NCBI GenBank assembly: GCA_902522465.1
Contig: CABYVV010000006.1
Coordinates: 2,387-66,386, forward strand
Direction of reading: 5' to 3'
DNA: 64,000 bases
Origin: an uncultured Alphaproteobacteria bacterium
GTDB taxonomy: Bacteria; Pseudomonadota; Alphaproteobacteria; Methylaequorales; Methylaequoraceae
The notes below the pieces were generated by a model. That model had not been told where the DNA came from. It saw only the letters and a program-made list of their open reading frames with translations, and made no database searches. A program made the position numbers and the translations under genes. Every line of letters starts with the position of its first letter. Within the stretch, counting starts at the first letter, position 1. Below, piece by piece: positions 53,431-63,276 of this stretch.

Positions 53431-54888
53431 TTACTTAAGATTTATTATTAGGAATCTAGAGAATTCACCCTCAAACACTTGTATTAGTGCTGATTCTGCT
53501 TTCTTTTTAATTAAATCATCAAAAATTTTCTTTGCCTGTTCAGGGCGTTCTATGTCTTTTTGAGCTATTTGAGAAATTACATTTCCAACAGAGAGGCCTG
53601 CCTTAGAAGCAAAAGAGTCACGTTTTACAGCTGTTACGACCACACCACTTATATTTTTTGATATATTAAAACGTGCTCTTGTTTCTTTATTTAATCCTAA
53701 TAACCTAAGGCCAATATTATCTATTTCAATTTCATCGCTAACCACGTCTTTATTGTTATTTTCTTTTTGACTTTCTGCAGTGTTAAATTTTTCTAATTCA
53801 CCAAGCTTAACAGTAAAGGATCTTGTTTTTTTGTCTCTCCAAACTTTAACCTTAGCCTTGCTTTCAACTGCTGATTCGGCAACCGTTCGTTGTAATGATT
53901 TAACATCTTTAATTTTTTTTCCGTTAAACTCGAGGATAACATCACCTGATTTAAGACCTCCTTTTTCAGCTGGCTCACCAGGGTTTACCATTGAGATCAA
54001 AACTCCGTCTTCATTATCTAATCCTAAGCTTTTTGCAATTTCTGGAGTTAATTCTTGTATTCTTACTCCAAGCCAGCCTCTTTGAGTCTTTCCAAATTTT
54101 CTTAATTGTTCAATGATTGGCTTTGCTAAATTAGCTGGAATTGAAAATCCTATGCCTACGCTTCCACCAGTTGGAGAAAAAATAGCAGTATTAATTCCTA
54201 AAACTTCTCCATCTAAATTGAAGAGGGGACCACCCGAATTACCCCTATTTATTGAGGCATCTGTTTGAATAAAACTGTCATATGGACCTGCATTAATGTC
54301 TCTATTGAAAGCGGATATTATACCTGAAGTTACAGTACCTCCGAGACCAAAAGGGTTTCCAATTGCAAATACAGAGTGGCCGACCCGAGCCTTGTCAGAA
54401 TCAGCAAACTTTAAAAAAGGTAGAGGTTTTTTTGATTCAACCTTTAGAAGTGCTATGTCTGTAAGTTTGTCTGTGCCAACAAGTTTTGCCTCCAACTCAG
54501 AGTCATCCTGAAATTTAACTTTAATTTCGTTAGCCTGCTCAATTACATGGTTATTGGTAACTATATAGCCGGTGGGATCTATAACAAAACCAGATCCTAA
54601 TGCTTGAGGTCTTTCGTTTTCTTGCTGATTGGGTTGTTGTGGAGGACCGAAAGGAAACCCAGGAGGAAAATTTTTAAAAAAATCTCTAAACTGTGGTGGT
54701 ATATTATCCAAAGGGTTTTGATTATTTGTAGTTTGCTTTGGCTTCTGAACTGTAAATACATTTACGACACTTGGAGACTTACTCTCAACAAGATTTGCGA
54801 AATCATCTGAAAGTGGATGAGCAAAAATTGGTTTGGTAGTTACCATTGTTGTTATTAAACATATAAATGTGATTAAGACTTTTGTCAT
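53431..54888 (-). CDS. degP: Do/DegQ family periplasmic serine protease
   Basis: GSGF, TNNHV, DIALLK, QTDASINRGNSGGP, two PDZ domains. Confidence 0.93.
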   Translation of the reverse strand: MTKVLITFICLITTMVTTKPIFAHPLSDDFANLVESKSPSVVNVFTVQKPKQTTNNQNPLDNIPPQFRDFFKNFPPGFPFGPPQQPNQQENERPQALGSGFVIDPTGYIVTNNHVIEQANEIKVKFQDDSELEAKLVGTDKLTDIALLKVESKKPLPFLKFADSDKARVGHSVFAIGNPFGLGGTVTSGIISAFNRDINAGPYDSFIQTDASINRGNSGGPLFNLDGEVLGINTAIFSPTGGSVGIGFSIPANLAKPIIEQLRKFGKTQRGWLGVRIQELTPEIAKSLGLDNEDGVLISMVNPGEPAEKGGLKSGDVILEFNGKKIKDVKSLQRTVAESAVESKAKVKVWRDKKTRSFTVKLGELEKFNTAESQKENNNKDVVSDEIEIDNIGLRLLGLNKETRARFNISKNISGVVVTAVKRDSFASKAGLSVGNVISQIAQKDIERPEQAKKIFDDLIKKKAESALIQVFEGEFSRFLIINLK

Positions 54889-54896
54889 TAATTGGC

Positions 54897-55763
54897 TTAC
54901 CTATTCTTACCTTTAGAATTATTAAAGAATTCTAAAAATTCACTGTCAGGAGACAGTATCATTGTGGTTCCGTCTTCACCCAAAACATTACCATAAGCCT
55001 GCATTGAGCGGTAAAATGAATAAAAATCTGAGTCTTTCTCGAATGCATTAGCATAAATGTCGATAGCCTTGGATTCTCCTTCTCCTCTTAGTATTTCAGA
55101 TTTTCGGGTTGCTTCTGCCAAAATAACGGTTCGTTCTTTATCAGCCTCCGCCCTAATTTTTTGTGCTATCTCTGAACCCTTAGCTCTAAATTCCTTTGCT
55201 TCACGAACTCTTTCACTTATCATTCTTTCATAAATAGCTTGACTATTTGCTTCTGGCAAATCTGCTCTCCTAATTCTAACATCAACAATTTCTATTCCAA
55301 AACGAGAAGCTTCATTATTAACCTCAACTTTAATATTTTCCATAATATTACTTCTTTCTTGCGAGAGAAGTTCGTCAAGCGTTACTCTACCTACAACTCT
55401 TCTTAAAGATGAAATAACATTTGAGTTTAATCTGTTTCTTACGTTGACTTCATTCCCAACTGTCTTATAAAATTCAAGTGGGTCTATAATTTTAAATCTT
55501 GTAAACGAGTCAATTAGCATTCTTTTTTTATCTACAGCGATAACCTCCTCAACTGGAAGATCATACTCTAAAATTCTCTTATCGTATCTTACTACATTCT
55601 GGATTAAGGGTAATTTAAAATTCAGACCAGAGGTTTTCACGACTCTTTTTGGTTCGCCGAATTGAAGAACGAGGCCTTGTTGACGTTCATTCATTGTGAA
55701 CAACGAGTTAAGACCCACAAATGCTAGAACAATGATTATGATATAAATTACAAGTCTACTCAT
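54897..55763 (-). CDS. hflC: FtsH modulator HflC
   Basis: SPFH domain, RMISER, FYSFYRSM.AY. Confidence 0.96.
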   Translation of the reverse strand: MSRLVIYIIIIVLAFVGLNSLFTMNERQQGLVLQFGEPKRVVKTSGLNFKLPLIQNVVRYDKRILEYDLPVEEVIAVDKKRMLIDSFTRFKIIDPLEFYKTVGNEVNVRNRLNSNVISSLRRVVGRVTLDELLSQERSNIMENIKVEVNNEASRFGIEIVDVRIRRADLPEANSQAIYERMISERVREAKEFRAKGSEIAQKIRAEADKERTVILAEATRKSEILRGEGESKAIDIYANAFEKDSDFYSFYRSMQAYGNVLGEDGTTMILSPDSEFLEFFNNSKGKNR

Positions 55764-56874
55764 TTTGCTGAACCTGGTTTGTAGAATTTTTATTAAGTTT
55801 CTTTTTTAGTTCAGGAAGTGGAAGGTAAGGAACAACTCCTCCTCCTGCTTTATTATCAACTATAACCTTGTCGATTTTTCCTAAAGTTTTTTCCAGAGTC
55901 TCAAGATATATTCTTTCTCGGGTTACGTCTTTTGATGTTCTGTATGAATCATAGACTGATAAAAATCTTTGTGCTTCTCCTTCAGCTTTAGCTACAACTT
56001 CTTTTTTGTAGGCTTCAGCCTCTTGAATTTTCTTTTCTGCTTCACCTCGTGCTTTTGGGATTATATCATTCCTGTATGCTTCTGCTTCATTTCTGAGTCT
56101 TTGTTCGTCTGTCTTAGCCCGTTGAACATCCCTGAACGATTCAATAACCGTTTCTGGAGGGTCAGCTTTTTGTAATTGAACTTGTGTAACTAAAACGCCT
56201 GCACTGTAATAATCTAAGACTTTTTGCACATCATTTTTAACATCCTCTTCGACTATTGATTTTCCTTCGGAAAGAATCGGATCGATGGGAGTTTGGCCTA
56301 TTTTTTCTCTCATTACACTTTCACCTATGCTTTTAATAGTAATTTCAGGGTTTCTTACATTAAACAGGAAATCTTTTGCATCATTGATAATCCAAAATAT
56401 AGTGAAATTTAGATCAACAATGTTTTCGTCTCCAGTAAGCATAAGTGCTTCTTCGGGAGTTTGTCTGGTTTGAGGAGTTTGTGAAAACTGCGACTGTGAG
56501 GTTCTAAAACCAACTTCGATCCTGTTAACTTTAGTAACTTTGGGTTTCATTACTGATTCAATTGGAAATGGAAGGTGATAATGAAGACCTGGTTCTGTGG
56601 TTCTAACATATTCGCCAAATCGCGTAACAACACCTTGTTCATCTGTTCCTACACGATAAAAACCACTAAGCGTCCAAATCGTTAGGGCAATAATTATAAG
56701 TAGACTCAGACTGGCTGGGTTGTTTTTTGGGAACATGTCTTTAAGCTTATCTTGAAAACCTTTGAAATAGTCGTCGCCATAACTATTATCGCTTGAGTTT
56801 TCAGATGAACCCTTACCATTACCTTTAGGTTTTTTACCCCAAGGACTATTATTATCATTAGATGACCAAGACAT
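55756..56874 (-). CDS. hflK: FtsH modulator HflK
   Basis: N-terminal PWG, MLTGDENIVD, TRERIYLET, VPYLPL. Confidence 0.96.
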   Translation of the reverse strand: MSWSSNDNNSPWGKKPKGNGKGSSENSSDNSYGDDYFKGFQDKLKDMFPKNNPASLSLLIIIALTIWTLSGFYRVGTDEQGVVTRFGEYVRTTEPGLHYHLPFPIESVMKPKVTKVNRIEVGFRTSQSQFSQTPQTRQTPEEALMLTGDENIVDLNFTIFWIINDAKDFLFNVRNPEITIKSIGESVMREKIGQTPIDPILSEGKSIVEEDVKNDVQKVLDYYSAGVLVTQVQLQKADPPETVIESFRDVQRAKTDEQRLRNEAEAYRNDIIPKARGEAEKKIQEAEAYKKEVVAKAEGEAQRFLSVYDSYRTSKDVTRERIYLETLEKTLGKIDKVIVDNKAGGGVVPYLPLPELKKKLNKNSTNQVQQNE

Positions 56875-56973
56875 TTTTTTTCTTTTTGTTCTTTATATAT
56901 AAGAAATGTTTTCAGCATGCAAAGAATAATTTTCTAATTTAATTTTTATTTTTTTTTATTAAAATCACTTATC

Positions 56974-57747
56974 ATGATAAAAAATTTTATAGTTGTCGCC
57001 TCAGGAAAAGGTGGTGTTGGAAAATCAACTGTTTCATTAAATCTCTCAGTCAGTCTAGCATCCCAAAAATACAAAGTTGGACTACTTGATGCAGATATTT
57101 ATGGTCCATCTATGCCACGAATGATGGGGATTTCAGAAAAACCCAGTGCTGATAAAAATAAAAAAATTCTGCCATATAATAAGTTTTCAATAAAAGCAAT
57201 GTCTATTGGCAATATGATTCCAGAAGACAAAGCTATTATTTGGAGAGGTGCTATGGCTTCCAGCGCCATAAAACAATTACTAAATGATGTTCAGTGGGGA
57301 GATTTAGATTTTTTAATTATTGATCTACCACCTGGAACTGGTGATATTCAATTATCATTATGTCAAAATCTTAGTATAACTGGTGCAGTAATTGTATCCA
57401 CACCACAAGAAGTTTCCCTCATAGATGTTAGAAAAGCTATTAGTATGTTTAAAAAAGTAAATGTCCCCATTCTTGGAATAGTCCAAAATATGAGTTATCT
57501 CGAATCTGACGGCTCAAAAAATTACATATTTGGTAAAGATGGAGCGTTAAAGGAATCAGAAAAACAAAAATTTAAATTTTTGGGAGATATTCCAATTAAC
57601 CCAGAAATTTGCAAATCATGTGATAATGGCAAGCCAATAGTAATCAATAAAAAGCTGGAATTACATAAGATTTTTAATGAGATTTCAAATCGTTTAATCA
57701 ACACTATTTCAAATAACAAAAATACTGAAGTAAAAATTACAAACTAA
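56974..57747 (+). CDS. apbC: Mrp/ApbC Fe-S cluster carrier ATPase
   Basis: [33 protein letters not shown]. Confidence 0.93.
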   Translation: MIKNFIVVASGKGGVGKSTVSLNLSVSLASQKYKVGLLDADIYGPSMPRMMGISEKPSADKNKKILPYNKFSIKAMSIGNMIPEDKAIIWRGAMASSAIKQLLNDVQWGDLDFLIIDLPPGTGDIQLSLCQNLSITGAVIVSTPQEVSLIDVRKAISMFKKVNVPILGIVQNMSYLESDGSKNYIFGKDGALKESEKQKFKFLGDIPINPEICKSCDNGKPIVINKKLELHKIFNEISNRLINTISNNKNTEVKITN

Positions 57748-58663
57748 AAATTTTGTTTATATGTTGAAGTTCTCTTTTTGAAACATTTTCTTTATTTGAT
57801 TTTTTTCCATGTAGTAAAGATTTTATATAACTCACACCCTCTTCAGAAATTGTTAATGATCTTAATCTATTACTTATAAAAGCTTCATATGTTAATGGAA
57901 CCCATTTTTTAAAAATACCCATCATAATTTCTGCATATACTCGTATTTCATACTGGGCGTGAGGATCAAATCTTAAAGCCAAAAAATGCATTAAATTATG
58001 TAAATCTATCTTCCAATACCACTGCGTATAGGCATTAAGTGGTAAAGTCATTCTAGATAATTCTCTAGCTAATCCATTTCTCTTTTCATCAAGAATCTTT
58101 CCCTCGTCATCTTCATTAAGTAATAAAGAATAGTTTTCAAAAGATTTTATTGAGTTTTTTTTTAAAAGTTTAGAATAGAATTTAACATCTTCTGATTCTA
58201 GTTTTCCTGATCTTCCCTGGTTATTGGTTTTTGATTGTGGTTTTAAATCTCTATTTTTTGGAATATAAAATTCTCTATCAAGAATAGAATATCTAGCTGA
58301 ATACTCATTTACATTAGCAGTTCTATGCCTAATCCATTGTCGCGCAACGAAAATTGGGAGTTTAATGTGAAACTTAATCTCATTCATTTCAAAGGGAGTT
58401 GAATGTCTATGACTTATTAAATAATTTATTAAACTTTTATCTTGATTGAGTTTTTTTGTACCTTTTCCATAAGAGACCCGAGCTGCCTGAACTATTGAAG
58501 AATCATCCCCCATGTAATCAATAACTCTAATAAATCCGTGATCTAATACTTTAAAACTTTTATATAGAATTTTCTCAATTTTAGTGACTGTTACTCTTCT
58601 AGTTGAAAAGTTAGTTTTCCTTATTTTTTCAATTTCTAATTCTTGTTCTGATTTTTTTTTCAT
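57737..58663 (-). CDS. thyX: FAD-dependent thymidylate synthase
   Basis: [36 protein letters not shown]. Confidence 0.98.
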   Translation of the reverse strand: MKKKSEQELEIEKIRKTNFSTRRVTVTKIEKILYKSFKVLDHGFIRVIDYMGDDSSIVQAARVSYGKGTKKLNQDKSLINYLISHRHSTPFEMNEIKFHIKLPIFVARQWIRHRTANVNEYSARYSILDREFYIPKNRDLKPQSKTNNQGRSGKLESEDVKFYSKLLKKNSIKSFENYSLLLNEDDEGKILDEKRNGLARELSRMTLPLNAYTQWYWKIDLHNLMHFLALRFDPHAQYEIRVYAEIMMGIFKKWVPLTYEAFISNRLRSLTISEEGVSYIKSLLHGKKSNKENVSKRELQHINKIFSL

Positions 58664-58749
58664 TTAAAACTCTTTTTTAAGATAACTTATTTTAATACTA
58701 AAACAATTTATAGGTTTTATTTTTTTTATCATTCATTATTATTAAATTG

Positions 58750-58997
58750 CTGTTTTCAGCTATGGCGATAAACGTTTGATTTTTAGCCGAGGCGGACCCG
58801 GGGGCGGTACCCGGCGCCTCCACCAAATGGGGGCGAAATAGGATCGACGCGCGTGTGAATAATCAAAAACTTTGCTCGGAATGGTACCAACGTTATCGGA
58901 CCAAACTTATAAATGCCAACGATAATGAAATGGCACTCGCTGCTTAATTAATTAAGAAAGCGCGGTAGTGAGCACCGGGCAACAGAAGTCTCATCGG
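58750..58997 (+). ncRNA. ssrA: Circularly permuted (two-piece) tmRNA; tag (A)ANDNEMALAA
   Basis: Acceptor end CGCCTCCACCA (to 58825) precedes the GGGGGCG 5' end (58829) with a G3:U wobble; tag ORF 58915-58947; outer ends approximate. Confidence 0.95.
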
Positions 58998-59032
58998 CAA
59001 GGGGGGGCAATTGTTCCCCCTTGTTTGTTTTA
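58998..59032 (+). terminator. Intrinsic terminator after ssrA
   Basis: caagggggggcaa/ttgttcccccttg hairpin followed by a T-rich tract. Confidence 0.8.
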
Positions 59033-59099
59033 GGGAGACTCACAAAGGGTTTCAGAGGATTCACTCTTCAACAAATAAGGGAAAATGAAACAATTTAAG

Positions 59100-59131
59100 T
59101 GCGACCCACTTGCGACCCACTAACGACCACT
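59100..59131. repeat. Tandem 11-bp repeats TGCGACCCACT x2 plus a degenerate third copy
   Basis: tgcgacccact tgcgacccact aacgaccact. Confidence 0.85.
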
Positions 59132-59201
59132 TTTGTTTGTTCATTGTTTGTTTTAATCAACGTTTACTCAGTATCAATTTATTAATAAGTACTCAATCTA
59201 A

Positions 59202-60038
59202 CTAAATTTGAAATAATACATATTGATTCTTTGAAGATTTATCTGTTATTTTTGGTTTAAACTCATTAAAGGCATTGTCAAATAATGTAAAATTTTTCCA
59301 TAGATTTAAAAGAAATTGAATACTTCTTTCTTTGCGTTCCTTTGGAGGATCAAAAACTAATCCTAAAACAGGTTGGTTGCTCTCTGGGTTTTTGATATGT
59401 ACTTTAAAAATTTCACAATTATACATCTCAAGATTTATTGCTGGGACTGAATATCCTGCTGTTAAATGAATTGGAGAACGTTCATGATGTATTTGCTTCC
59501 ATTTGTAGCCAGTTTCGTATCTTTCATTCAAATTAAAGTTTTTTGCTTTTTTGACTATAAATGAGTTTTCTATACCACCCAATGATAAAATTTTACCATT
59601 TTTGCAATCAAATCCAGAATAGATTAAAATTTGAAGGAAAATTGGCATTATTGTAGTCGCTATGTGTCCCTCAACAAACCTTTCTGCTGGGTGCTTTGGA
59701 CCTGAGATTATTAAATCCCCATCGTCTTTCAATACATCATAAATTTTATCGAGAAATACACCCTGATTTCTTTGATGTTCTATTACGTGTGAGCAATGGA
59801 CCATATCATATTTTGATTCAAGTTTGAATGTATTAAAATCTTCAACAAATTCTGCATCTTTTTCATACTTATCGATAGAATCAACTTTTAAACCAAAATC
59901 TCTCATTATTTTGGTGTGATTACCTAATGCACCTCCAATATCAAGTACTTTAAATTTTTTTTTAAATTTTTTCTTTGATAAAAGATATTCTATTAAAGCA
60001 AATCCACCCCAATCTATTTTCAATAAATTTTCTGCCAT
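59202..60038 (-). CDS. Class I SAM-dependent methyltransferase
   Basis: VLDIGG, YD.VHCSHVIEH, LKDDG.LII..P. Confidence 0.85.
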   Translation of the reverse strand: MAENLLKIDWGGFALIEYLLSKKKFKKKFKVLDIGGALGNHTKIMRDFGLKVDSIDKYEKDAEFVEDFNTFKLESKYDMVHCSHVIEHQRNQGVFLDKIYDVLKDDGDLIISGPKHPAERFVEGHIATTIMPIFLQILIYSGFDCKNGKILSLGGIENSFIVKKAKNFNLNERYETGYKWKQIHHERSPIHLTAGYSVPAINLEMYNCEIFKVHIKNPESNQPVLGLVFDPPKERKERSIQFLLNLWKNFTLFDNAFNEFKPKITDKSSKNQYVLFQI

Positions 60039-60144
60039 TTCATAAGAATGAGCAAATTTAGTGCCATTATTTGGTAAGTATTAATGTTAATATTAGAAAA
60101 ATATTTTATCCAGCAGTTTTGTATTTCTTAAATACCAAATCATA

Positions 60145-60190
60145 TAAATACCAAACCAGGAAAAAATTAAATACCAAACCAGGAAAAAAT
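60145..60190. repeat. Perfect 23-bp tandem duplication
   Basis: taaataccaaaccaggaaaaaat x2, with a partial third copy at 60129-60139. Confidence 0.9.
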
Positions 60191-60448
60191 AAAATTACCG
60201 GTTACCATCAATGTATAAAAAAATACAACACAATATAGTAAACCGAAAAAAATTATATAAATTGCACCAATTACATTACGAACTATAGAGGATAGAGAGT
60301 TCCCCAAAAATCTAAGTTCTATACTCATAAGAAATGGATTAACTTTAGATTTAGTTTTTTTATTCAACCAATAAACAGGGTAAATACATATCCACAAAAT
60401 TGGAAGATATAACAAAATATACAGTGCTGTAATACCTAACAAATCCAT
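60167..60448 (-). CDS. Hypothetical membrane protein
   Basis: 93 aa with two hydrophobic segments; no family recognised. Confidence 0.55.
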   Translation of the reverse strand: MDLLGITALYILLYLPILWICIYPVYWLNKKTKSKVNPFLMSIELRFLGNSLSSIVRNVIGAIYIIFFGLLYCVVFFYTLMVTGNFIFSWFGI

Positions 60449-60629
60449 ATAATTAAACTAATCCATTGCAAAAGAAAATTAGTTTTTATCTATAGCATTT
60501 TTCAGTATAAAGTAATTTTTTTTCTTTTTGTTCTAATAAGACCTAAAACACTCTTATATAAACATATTTTTTTAATTGATACTTATGTTAATATACATTA
60601 AGTTAAAATTAAGGTAGTGAGATTTAACA

Positions 60630-60779
60630 GTGAATAAAAAAGCCAATATTAAAGAAACATGTTGCAAATTCACATGTTGTGCAGATGGTTGTTGCAGTGA
60701 TGGTTGTAAAACGGGTCATTGCAGTAGCAGTTGTTGTAAAGATGGATGTTGTAGCGATTCAGAAAACTGCTGTTCATAG
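60630..60779 (+). CDS. Metallothionein-like Cys-rich small protein (49 aa, 14 Cys), unannotated
   Basis: GTG start; MNKKANIKETCCKFTCCADGCCSDGCKTGHCSSSCCKDGCCSDSENCCS*; directly upstream of zur. Confidence 0.8.
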   Translation: MNKKANIKETCCKFTCCADGCCSDGCKTGHCSSSCCKDGCCSDSENCCS

Positions 60780-60844
60780 AAATACACTTGTTGCATAGAC
60801 ATTTTTTAGTTTACTAAAATCAAAGTTTAGTTATTGATTTGTGA

Positions 60845-60861
60845 ATGTAATTTTGTAACAT
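60845..60861. promoter_or_regulatory. Putative Zur box
   Basis: ATGTAAT-TTT-GTAACAT, close to the ATGTTAT-nnn-ATAACAT Zur palindrome, 22 nt upstream of the zur ATG. Confidence 0.65.
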
Positions 60862-60883
60862 ATAAATTTGAAATTATTTAAAA

Positions 60884-61312
60884 ATGACCAAATCAATTGA
60901 ACAAAAAGCAGTGGAATTTTGCGAAAAGCACAAACACCGATATACAAAACCGAGAGAAAGAGTTTTAAAGATAATAGCATCAAGTGAAAAACCAATTAAA
61001 GCCTATGAAATTCTTAAAAAACTGGGAGAACAAACAAATAACCCAAAACCTCCAACAGCATATCGTGCAATTGAGTTTTGGATGAAGTCCAATTTTATTC
61101 ATAGGATAGAAAGTTTAAATGCATATTCTATCTGTGTGGCTAATCATCTTCATGAAGGTTCTCAATTTATGATATGCAATGATTGTGGAAAAGTTATAGA
61201 GTCACACATTTGTCAACTTCCATCCTCTATCAAAAAAATTTTAGCAAAATCAAAATTTAAATCAATAAAGTGGAATATTGAAATCAATGGCGTATGTAAG
61301 GAATGTTATTAG
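60884..61312 (+). CDS. zur: Zinc uptake regulator (Fur family)
   Basis: KAYEIL, PPTAYRA, HRIESLNAY, CNDC and CKEC. Confidence 0.9.
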   Translation: MTKSIEQKAVEFCEKHKHRYTKPRERVLKIIASSEKPIKAYEILKKLGEQTNNPKPPTAYRAIEFWMKSNFIHRIESLNAYSICVANHLHEGSQFMICNDCGKVIESHICQLPSSIKKILAKSKFKSIKWNIEINGVCKECY

Positions 61313-61914
61313 TTTTTAACGGAAGCTACTTTGGCTTCCTTGAGACGAAAGAATATATTGTAAAGATCATCTTTGGGGACCAATTCTAACCTACCTATTA
61401 TGTTAATTGCATCATAAGAATAGTTGATTGCTTTTTTTGCGTGAACTTCAATTATTAAGTTTGATGAAGCATGAACGTGATAAGGACAACTCACTGGAAA
61501 AGGAAGTAATAAAAAAGTTTTTTGCTTTTCATTTAAATCTAAGGGAAACATATAACCTTGTAATAATACCTGCTTATTTTCTAATGATTTTATCTCAGAG
61601 GTAAATACTGGACGAACACCTGTCCACTCATAACCCTCGTCATCTTCAAAAGTATATTCATTCATTCCAGTGTTTCCAAATACATCCCAAGGGGTTCCCC
61701 CCTTTGGTAGATTAATAAATTCATCAATATTAGAAATTAGATCATCAGGTTCAACTAAGTATGATGGATCGTCAAAATCTAATGGTTTTTGGTTATTTTC
61801 TAGCATCCCCGCCTTCAAATAATTTGGAGTAAATTGATATGCCATTATAATGAAACCTAGACAGACACAAAAATTAAAAAGAAATTTTTTGATTTTATTT
61901 ATTAGATTAATCAT
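61309..61914 (-). CDS. DUF3299 (ZrgD-like) periplasmic protein
   Basis: V.LQGYMFPL, FLL.PFPVSCPYH, I.GRL; follows the ABC permease. Confidence 0.75.
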   Translation of the reverse strand: MINLINKIKKFLFNFCVCLGFIIMAYQFTPNYLKAGMLENNQKPLDFDDPSYLVEPDDLISNIDEFINLPKGGTPWDVFGNTGMNEYTFEDDEGYEWTGVRPVFTSEIKSLENKQVLLQGYMFPLDLNEKQKTFLLLPFPVSCPYHVHASSNLIIEVHAKKAINYSYDAINIIGRLELVPKDDLYNIFFRLKEAKVASVKN

Positions 61915-61921
61915 TGATATT

Positions 61922-63274
61922 TTATATATTCTTAGTCAATTGATTTGCAACACTAATCTTTGAATAAGTATATGCTGGAAATAGAGATGCTAATAGACCA
62001 GCAAATAATACAATACCGACAATATAAATTAAATGTGTTGAAAAAATTAATTCAAATTGAATGGTGTTAGATAAACCAAAAGTTGAAATTAATAAATCGA
62101 AGATCAAAATACTAAGAATAATTCCCACCATAAGTCCTACTAAGACAATTGAGAAACCCTCTATACAAATAATTTTAAATACTCTATTTTTTGAATAACC
62201 TATCGCTCTCAGGATAGCTAAATCTCCCATTCTATTTTCAAGATTAGCTGCCAACCCGGAAAAAATACTTAAAATAGCAAAACAGATTAAAACCATCGAT
62301 AGTATACCTAAAGTTTTTGAACCGAGACCAAGTATAGAAGTTAGTCGAGTTATTTCTTTTGCAGGATTGGCAGCCTGCAGTGAAGTTTCTTTATTAATTT
62401 TTAGAGGGAGATTAATATTAGCTATCGGTGTTTTTGTAATTAAAAGAAGAGCAGTTATTTCTGAAAAACCAGATTTATTAATATTTTTTTTGGATTTAAT
62501 TTTATCATAGTGAGGCTCATCGTGATCATGTTCTTCATGTTCATGTTGATCATGTTCTTCATGTTCTTCATGTTGATCATGCATATGTTCTTCATGTTCC
62601 TCTGCTTTTGGATTTTTAGAATATCCATCATTTGATTTTATATTACTGAAATTATTTAGATCAACTTTCTCATGATCATGCATTTCTAAAACTGAGTTTA
62701 GATCTGTTAAAATCAACCTGTCCAAAACTGAACCAGTTGGATGCATTACTCCTACAACTTTATATTTGTGTTCTTGGTGTTCCTTACCACCGTCATAAAG
62801 ACCATGCGAACCAACAAATTCGGCGTTAATTTTCAAATTCACCAAGGATCCAACTACAACCTCATATTCACTTTCCCAGTATCTTCCATTCGCTATCTCG
62901 GCCTCATAATGATCAAGATATTCTTTAGTTGTACCTACAATTCTATTTCCTCTCCAACTATCACCAAGTGCGAGAGGAATTGCTAATTTTACTTGTGGAT
63001 GATTAATAAATTTTCCAACTGTATTTAAGGGAACGTTTCCGGTTGGAATATCTACATGATAAATTGATGATAGAACAATTTGAAGAGGACTTCCTTTTGC
63101 ACCTATCACAATATCAATTCCTCTACCATCATTAGTTAATCGATTCTGAATATTATTACTAAATTGTGTTATAAGAATTGCCATCGCAACCCCAAAAGCA
63201 GTAAGAAAAACTGAGAGCATGCAATTCAACCATCTTGATTTTAATGAATAAAATATATAAATTGAATCTTTCAT
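61922..63274 (-). CDS. FtsX/MacB-type ABC permease (ZrgC-like) with His/Glu-rich insert
   Basis: GAKGSPLQ.VLSS.YH, AIPLALGDS.RG.RIVGT, HG, LAILRAIG; EEHEEHMHDQHEEHEEHDQHEHEEHDHDEPH. Confidence 0.85.
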   Translation of the reverse strand: MKDSIYIFYSLKSRWLNCMLSVFLTAFGVAMAILITQFSNNIQNRLTNDGRGIDIVIGAKGSPLQIVLSSIYHVDIPTGNVPLNTVGKFINHPQVKLAIPLALGDSWRGNRIVGTTKEYLDHYEAEIANGRYWESEYEVVVGSLVNLKINAEFVGSHGLYDGGKEHQEHKYKVVGVMHPTGSVLDRLILTDLNSVLEMHDHEKVDLNNFSNIKSNDGYSKNPKAEEHEEHMHDQHEEHEEHDQHEHEEHDHDEPHYDKIKSKKNINKSGFSEITALLLITKTPIANINLPLKINKETSLQAANPAKEITRLTSILGLGSKTLGILSMVLICFAILSIFSGLAANLENRMGDLAILRAIGYSKNRVFKIICIEGFSIVLVGLMVGIILSILIFDLLISTFGLSNTIQFELIFSTHLIYIVGIVLFAGLLASLFPAYTYSKISVANQLTKNI

Positions 63275-63276
63275 TC

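Noticed and set aside
59100-60190. CRISPR array
   Set aside because: The repeats are contiguous with no spacers, and no cas genes are present
60575-60605. Zur box upstream of the Cys-rich ORF (ATGTTAATATACAT)
   Set aside because: Half-site spacing is 3 nt too short for the Zur palindrome and such matches are likely by chance in AT-rich DNA
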